From positions 1 through 64,000 of the forward strand of contig JAQGDQ010000079.1 of the NCBI GenBank assembly GCA_030141605.1: 64,000 bases of DNA. Reading direction: 5' to 3'. A model generated the notes under the pieces. The model was not told where the DNA came from, ran no database searches, and saw only the letters and a program-made list of their open reading frames with translations. Shown here piece after piece: positions 43,807 through 64,000 of the stretch (positions within the stretch are counted from its first letter, which is position 1; the number at the start of each line of letters is the position of its first letter). The stretch is from Tubiluchus corallicola. Lineage: Eukaryota > Animalia > Priapulida. The position numbers and the translations under genes were made by a program.

Positions 43807-45128
43807 GTCGAAGTCGAATTAAATAAAAGCAACATAAAATTAGTTAATAGGAAATACAAGAAAGCAAAGCAAAACACCATGCATTAACTTTTGGTTTTTG
43901 TGTGGATCGATTGGTTAAGTCCGCTCACGTGACCCGCTTTAATTGTTCGATTAAACTATCCTAGTAAATGATGCCAGTTACTAAAAAGTGGAGGCATGTG
44001 CCGGTTTTTTCTCTGTAATCGTAGACTATAGTGCTAATTTTTTTGACTGTGAATTAGACAAGTTAAAATAAATTCACTAATTAAAGCTTCTATTCTTGAG
44101 TCGTACACTAACAATAAAAATTATATTAATTTTTAAAGTAGGTATACTCGTTAAGTGACTTACTGATATTTGGTAATTTTTGTCAAATTTCATCAACAAA
44201 AATCTGCTCCGTGTAGTTACAAAAATTAACATGTTTCAGAAGATTTTAGTATTTAACACATCGTAAGGACGACTCGTATCACCTACCTACCATACTGTTA
44301 TATTTGTAGCTCATTAACCAGCTGATATTATCACAACGTACACTGTAACACAAATCCAAATTTTTAAAAAAAAACTCATAAAATTGAGGAAACAATTCTC
44401 CCAAAAATGGAAAAAACAATATTTAATAGTAGTAGTAGTAAAATTTTATTTTCATTTGAGTTAGTAATACAATAAAAGCATTAGCAGTGCTGGGTGCACT
44501 GTACACTGTGCTACTTGATCCAGCCCATTTGGAAGTTTGTATATTATTATAATAATAACCCATTTGCCTTCTTCACTGTTTGCACGAGTTATAGGTTTGG
44601 CATGTGGTGACATAGCATACTTATAGTAAATTTTGTCTGGCTTCATAATCGTCACTGAAATAATTGCTGAAAAACTTTGGATGTACACTGAAAAGTTAAT
44701 CAAAGTTATCTTAAAATTGAGTTTATTAGCTATAACTTAAAAAAGCATTGAAGATTTTTTGCCCCGAAATCTATTCTGCTCAATTTACTCTATCTTTTGA
44801 TAATTTTTTAGGGTTGTCCTTAGTTAGGTGATAACTTCAAAAAATGGTGGCCACCATTTATAAAAGACAAAATATTGACATTTGACCAAATTTTTGGTGC
44901 ATTCTACTTCGAAGCATCATAACGCAGTTTTAACTATGCCAAGTTGTGGACGGTTTTGGTTTGCAAGCACACATATATAATATGATGAGTCTACAAACAA
45001 TTTCCAACAAGGCATCAGATATGCCTAGACTGCTAGACATAACTCTACTTGTATGCAACACTGTTGCAGTAGTTACAGGGTAGTTTTTCTGTTTACAGCC
45101 ATTGTTTCAGTTAGGCAGACTCTGAAAA
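43807..45128. promoter_or_regulatory. Probable divergent (bidirectional) promoter/5' UTR region shared by TM7SF3 and CHEK2; E-box TCACGTGAC and CCAAT box
   Basis: The start codons diverge ~1.3 kb apart. TCACGTGAC lies at 43925-43933 and GATTGG (CCAAT on minus) at 43909-43914. The CHEK2 first coding exon is preceded by acceptor-like AGs (~45097-45118), implying an upstream non-coding exon within this interval. Confidence 0.5.
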
Positions 45129-57409
<12,281 letters not shown>

Positions 57410-59424
57410 GAAATTCCAACGTATATTGTACAATGATATCGAATACTTTTGCCAGCGTATAAGTGGTAGAGAATATGTAAATAGGAGAGCTCTTTATAAA
57501 AATTCTGAACTTAGTAAATTTTAGTTTGGACCAAGTGAAGTCCTTAGTGATGCAAAACAGCAGTACAAAATACTTGTACAGTGCATTTGTTTTACGTTCA
57601 TTTTCAAGTTTGTTGTTACTCCTAAAAATCGTTCTTAATATTGAGGTGTGCATATGAGGGTCTATGCACAAGCATTTGGGCCAGGTGAAAGCCTTCACTT
57701 GTTTATGCAGCAGCACACAATATAACTGTGATTATTTTAAAAGATTTTAGTTTATCGTTCGTTATTGTCGCAGAATTCATGCTGAATATTGAGATGTAGT
57801 TAAGAAGTATGTGCAGCAGCATTTTTAGAGTCTTTTGTGCTGCAGTCTTTTTACCATGATTAAATGTGCAGCAATGAAAACTGATTATTCGGTCACCAAG
57901 TTTGGTTTACCTGAGAAGCATTTTTGGAGGAATGATTATATATACATTCAGAATGTGTTCAGAATCAAGACGTCAGATTACGAATGCACAGCCTACAATG
58001 TAAATAGTTCGTTTATGTTTACGTTCCATCTGTGTATTTTACCAGATGCATTAGTTTATTTTGTAATGTAAATGATAGAAAATCAAACCAGCGTGTTTTT
58101 ATTTCTTGTTTTCTGTAAAATTGTACCAAGTCACGTGCCAGTGCATTTTCATTTTCTATGTTATAATGTAACAGTCTATGGTAATAATCATCAAAGTGAT
58201 GATCATAGTCCTATAACCTGTTCCAGTGGAATATGTTCTTATTAGTGTTTGTGTAAAGCCATGTTACAATGTTTCATATAAATACTATACAACAATGTAC
58301 AACATAGTTTTGTACTCAAGAGAATTTTATTCAATGTTCTGATATTTCTGTTGACTACCCTTGGAATGCCTATGTTTTCACAGATCTCATGTAGAGCAAT
58401 TGTAGTACTGTACAATAATATAGGTAAGTAGTTTCACTTCTATACAGAGATTTCAATACATTTTTGTGCATGGAAAATTGCAAAATAAAATGAAAACGTT
58501 TTCCTATATTGTGAAAGTTAAGCAAAAAGCACTGTACAACAGTTTAACAATTTGATAAAATTGTATAACACAATTTACAAGGATTAGAAAGGACGGAATA
58601 ATTATCACAGATGGTTGAGCAAAGGCTTAATAGTTAATAACAGCAACAAAATGTCAAAAATGGAAATAAAGATTAATGAAAAGAAATTAACAACTACACT
58701 TTTACCATTGAATTAAAACAGGGCTGCCAGAGCAAACTAAAAATTATCTCATTCTCATTAACAGATGAGGCCTGTGCAAAATTATGGAGATTAATCTCAC
58801 ATCAAATCTATAAAATTGGTTGATAATTCATCCTACTACTAAAAGTTGCCTGACTTAATACCTGATGGCTTGTATGTGGTGAAAAATTATAAAAGATTGG
58901 GCAATACTGAACACTGCTTGTTCGATAAACTGGCATTGGTAATTTGATCATTATTCTCCGAACTAAGATACTGCACATTGCCGATGCGCATACTTCTGCA
59001 ATTAATGTGTGTAATTAACGAATGCAGACTTTTGTGCGTGTGATTCATTACTGATCAGTAATCATGGAACAACAGCATTCAAAAAGTCAATGTGTCACAT
59101 CCAAATACTGCTAAAAAGAGACACTAACATTCAACTTGCCTAAGCAGTTTACATAAACAGAAAATTTGCTGCATGGTAAAGAAATACAGTATCAACTTTC
59201 ATTACTTTTACTGCAAAAATAAGAAGAAATTTTAGCATTAATTGTAAGCACGTAAAATGTGTAACACAGAACTTGTAAATGTGTGTCTAAACAACTTAGA
59301 GCACATGGGACTAAAACTCGTTGCAGTTTGACTAGATCTTTTCCCGACTAAATCAGCAAGCATATTACTACCATACATGCTCCCTGATTTTCTGGCAGTC
59401 AGTCGGGTGCCTGCTTGGTATAGA

Positions 59425-62361
59425 TTAATACTGTCGTTGATTCATGATACTTAGCTCTTCTTGTTCTCTTTTGTCTTGAATTTTATTCAGTAATGTAGTA
59501 AGGAAGTGATTGAATTCTTCGCGAACTGAATCGGCCTCCTCGTCCAAACTTGTGTGTGCCAGTGGAATCTTTGCTAACTGTCCAGCTGCAAAAAAAGAAC
59601 ATTAAGTCACAGATTAACTGTCGAAAAATGGCAGTCAAAATAATGAGAATTTGTCTAAATCATAGTCTTTAAGAAATACTGCTATATCTACAAGATACCA
59701 CAAGCAGATCTAACTTAACTTAATGTCTCAGTCAGAACAAAATCAGTTTTTTGGTAAAACAAAAAATTCTAGAATCGTGTGCAGTAAAAAAGCAAGTAGT
59801 AGTAGCTGGAAAGTGTGCAACAGCAAGTCATAATATTGCACAGCTCATTAATTGCCATTTACAGGAACCTGTTAAACTGCTGTTTACACGTAATGAATGT
59901 GTTCAGCTAGGGCAGGCTATAAACATAGAACTTTAACTATGATTCTTATCTGCTACTTGTATCAGCAACTCGTACGAGAATCCACAAATGAGGAATAGGC
60001 ATATAAACAGGTGTAACATCATACAGGTACCACAAAGAACTTTATTACAAACAAAACAAACATTATCAATGGAAAAACACCTTGTACAGAACATCAATTT
60101 CAATGTAAGGGTCGCACTTTGAAATAATAAACATGAATAGTATGCATGTATAGTAAGTCACTTACTTATATGAGATCTGATTTTTTCCGATGCTTTAGGC
60201 TTATGATGTGCAAAGATTGTGCATTGAGTTTCCTTTAGGCCTTGACTAACAATAAAGTTACGATGCCTAAAATAAATATATAGTAACTTGAAAAAAATGC
60301 AAAAATAAATTACAGCTGATTGTGCATTTATAAACTCGACACGTCTTGCTAGCAGTGAACTTATGCTGCTTATAAAAATTACTTTAATTGATTCTCACTG
60401 CCTCTGTATAACATTATAAAGATCATGCACAAGAGATGAAATGCATCCTCGCATCTGCAATTACAATAATTTTCAATAATATTAGTCCGATACAAATTAT
60501 TAAAGTAGCATTATACACGTTTTGCATATATCATAAGAGAGGTTATAACTGTTTTCTCTCTAGACTATTGCTACACTTGACAGTATTGAAGGCTGTCACC
60601 ATTTTCAGTTTTCACTTCTACATACGTCAAGGGAAATTTTCACCAATGTGCTACCGAATTTGTTCTACAACCGTGACAGTGTTTACCATGCCCTTTCAAG
60701 CACTGCACAAACTGCATGTCTTTTAACAACAGCATTTATGAATGTAAATCCAACAGAAATCTACAGGTATTTTATAATTTATATAAAAGACATACCACAT
60801 TTCTAATTCCCTGTCATGACTTGATTCATCTGGATTATAGACTAGAATCACACCGTGCACATCTCTCATTAAAGCAGGCCAACATTGTTCAAACCTTAAA
60901 ATAAACGAAAAACAATGCAATTATATAAATATCGTTATGGGTGAAAATCAGTATAGTAAATCCTTGTTTACCAACTGTAAGGAGGTGTGTTTTAATAACG
61001 AATAAATTTTGGCAATTATTTCTCACTTAGTGCAAATTTTCTAACACACGTGCCTGAAGCACACTAATAAATATTAGATATGTTTCCTATCTTAGGCAGT
61101 AAACTTCCATTAAACGATAATTCACTGAACACTGTATTTCGTTAACTGAACCTATTATTTCACTACCATATGTTCACACCAACACAGAATAGATCATTTA
61201 ACTTCAATGACTAAACTTGAAAAACCGCAGCAGATTGTGAAACTGAAATGAATATCCATTGACAAAGTCTTAGGAAAAACAATTTGAATTTGGATTAAAT
61301 TCCGATGTATGCACAATTAAAAATAATACCTAGATGCTATTTCTTAAAGGCTAGCTACACTGCCAAAAGGAGAGGCTTGGTAGCATGTAACTTTTTTACT
61401 TTACTTGCGGGACAATTCGACTTCTGGTTTCGCTATATTGAACACATAAAAGTCATTCCAGTACTTTTAATATTAAACTAAGATGTTGCATATAACATAT
61501 GAAATGAGACTTGACCTTGGAAAATAACACTTTCTCTCCAAGCTAATACTAGACAATTCCATACTACTGGCGTGTATGATCACGTTATACTATACTCCCA
61601 CTTACTTTTGATTACCACTACAATCCCATAACTCCACTTCAGCGTTGACTGTTCGGCCGCCCACTTTCAGACCAGCCGCTTCAAATTCAAGAATTCTTAC
61701 TCCCTGTGTTGGACTATAGTTGCCACCATCTCCTACATTATCAGTTGCTTCAGCCAGAAAATTTGCCAGTGCCGTCTTTCCACACTGAAACAATTTACAA
61801 AATGAAATTTGTGAACGTAAAAGCAAGCAAACAGCATGAAGACCAATATGCTGAACATTTCTTATTTAGGCTATCTCTTAAAAAAAAACATTACCAAAAT
61901 AATGAAAAAGGCTGACAACAAATATAGAATAATGTATCTTAACATTACTAGTTGTATTTTTGACAGTTAAACTTTCATCATTTTTTTCCTTTTATTGCAA
62001 ATTAGAATAAAGGGGAAAAAGAGTTTTGAATAACTTTAACGAAGCATACATTTAAAGAGTGCCAATACTTTGAAAACATGGAAGCTGGGCTGGCTCTTGA
62101 AGCGTGTTTCCTGTGCACCACAAAAAATGAAACTATTCAAGTAAACATTAAAATTATATATCAAGATGCATCAGCCCACTCGAGTGAAAGTATTACATGC
62201 ATAAGCAGTGTTACCGGTACTTTCATGTACTTCTACTACAATTATTATTACCACCAACTGTTGAATTTCTCCAAATATTAAATGCTGCAAATAAAATAAA
62301 ATGTAGCATAACTTACCATACACGGTCCAAGCATCAAAAGCTTCAATTTTGTTTTAAACAT
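59425..62361 (-). CDS. IFT22: Intraflagellar transport protein 22 (Rab-like 5), 5 exons, ~194 aa
   Basis: Exons: 62361-62317 (MFKTKLKLLMLGPCM), 61784-61606 (CGKTALANFLAE..YSPTQGVRILEFE..VELWDCSGNQK), 60894-60796 (FEQCWPAL), 60266-60166 (FAHHKP), 59585-59425 (REEFNHFL..REQEELSIM..TAA). These motifs are characteristic of IFT22/RABL5. The longer ORF start at 62469 is TTG, so the ATG at 62361 was used. Confidence 0.93.
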
Positions 62362-64000
62362 ATCCGAATCCGTTAAACCATCTGCCTTTCTTCTGGTTTT
62401 GCCGAAATTTCCCTGTGAAATATTTTTATTGCTGTGAACGTAATCAGTGTCGTGATCGCGTGTTGACAAATGCCATCTATCGCCGTTTTCTGTAAATTCA
62501 TCACCTGAATTCGATTCAGACTCGCTTTCGTCGTCTTCATCTTGAATAATGATTTCTGGATTAATGCGGCTGAAAGAAACCTAAGGCACATGAAGCCGAT
62601 TTTCTAAGAAGCTATATATAAGAGCTAATAAAAACATTTTAACTATAATTGAAATCGTTTGCGTCTTTTTCTTACTATAACAATAATTATTAATCAGTGC
62701 ACATGTTAGGTTTCTGTGTTTTTATTGTTAGACTGAATAGTTAGTAATATTGTTTATTATTTTTGCAGTAGTTATTTACTGTTTTGAAAATAAATTGAGT
62801 TATTCATTGAATAATGCTGCTGACATAATCACTAATAATTGCCTTACACCTTGAATAATAATTAATAATAGGATAGTTTGTAATTTAAAAACAATTTAAA
62901 TCAAAAATAACAAAAGCTCAAGAATCCTAATAGACACAGTTTTGCAAAAAATTGATTTTCCCAACAAATAATATGAATTCAGGAATATTATGGGTCTACT
63001 TATCTACATTGCACACCCATACAGTATATTGTTTCGAGATTTATTGCAGAAAATAATCAAAAACCATAATAGCGGTTGTTTAGATTGATTTTAACTAGCT
63101 AACCCTATTGTTGGTGGACGTGCTTAATTATTGAACTTTTTTACTTCTGTAATAATCAGTGTAAGAGTGTCTTGCTAATCTTGACTTTATGGTACTTAAC
63201 ATTCTATAAAAAATATAATAATAATTCCTCTCAATATATATAGTTTTATCATAATTATAAAACTGTAAAAATATTCTGATAACTAAAATCAGACCTTCCT
63301 GCATGTATATCTATGAGTTTACTAATTACATTATTATAATTAAAAATTACAAATGTAAAGAATTATTATTGATACTCACGTCATATAGCTAGGATAATTC
63401 GTAATTAAATTTTAAAAAACAAATTTAAGTCGAAAATATAAAAAGCTTGATATTGTTCATGAAAGTTTTTGTAAAAATTGGGTTTTGATAATAAATAATA
63501 TTTAATCCGCGAATATTCTCTATCGGATATAAAAAACTATGTCTCTACCTGTTTACATTGCACTCCTACATTTCTTATTTCCAAAAACTAAAATTAAAAT
63601 TTTTTAGTTTTTTCCTTTAAGTTCGTCTATCTATATATGCACCTAGGCTGATAAGCGCCTAGGAGCTAGAGCCAAACAAAATTTAGAACATATTATCTCA
63701 AAGTTATTATGTGTCCGACACAGAGACATGGAAAACATATCTCTTACGTCTCTGGAACGTACAAAGAAGTATTGATAATTAAATGAATTAATATTTGGAA
63801 ATACAGTATTGTAAAATCAGTTCTTCCATTATGTCAGATAGTTTAAAGCAAATTTTATTAACTCTCAACTTCATTTAATATTGTTCTACTAACCATTGCT
63901 TTTAGTGTGTACAAATACAAGCTAGTGGCACCGTAAGTCGTTTTCTGTACACGATTTTAGGCGGAAATTGTACAATAGTAAATTGGAATATCTTGTTAAT

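Noticed and set aside
62362-62700. RFX X-box expected upstream of the ciliary gene IFT22
   Set aside because: No convincing GTNNCCATGGNAAC-type match seen by eye.

Overview
AT-rich, intron-rich animal (invertebrate-like) genomic DNA; it is not prokaryotic, so most entries in the ORF track are spurious or are exon fragments read into introns. Four multi-exon genes were assembled by hand from phase-consistent splice sites: a Tbx1/org-1 T-box transcription factor (minus, 8 coding exons, ~495 aa), TM7SF3 (minus, 13 exons, ~568 aa, one probable GC-AG intron), CHEK2/Chk2 (plus, 15 coding exons, ~497 aa, head-to-head with TM7SF3) and IFT22/RABL5 (minus, 5 exons, ~194 aa, convergent with CHEK2). Non-coding DNA holds several non-autonomous DNA transposons: TA-targeting Tc1/mariner/pogo-type MITEs, two of them nested inside hAT-type MITEs. 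It also holds long microsatellites, a perfect 94-bp palindrome and a nested hairpin. I found no convincing wholly new biological system. The best leads are a Tbx20-like eh1 motif on a Tbx1, an apparent 15-nt intron shift in the T-box, a Chk2 almost lacking its SQ/TQ cluster, inverted MITE copies flanking CHEK2 kinase exons, and uORFs at the Tbx1 and TM7SF3 starts.
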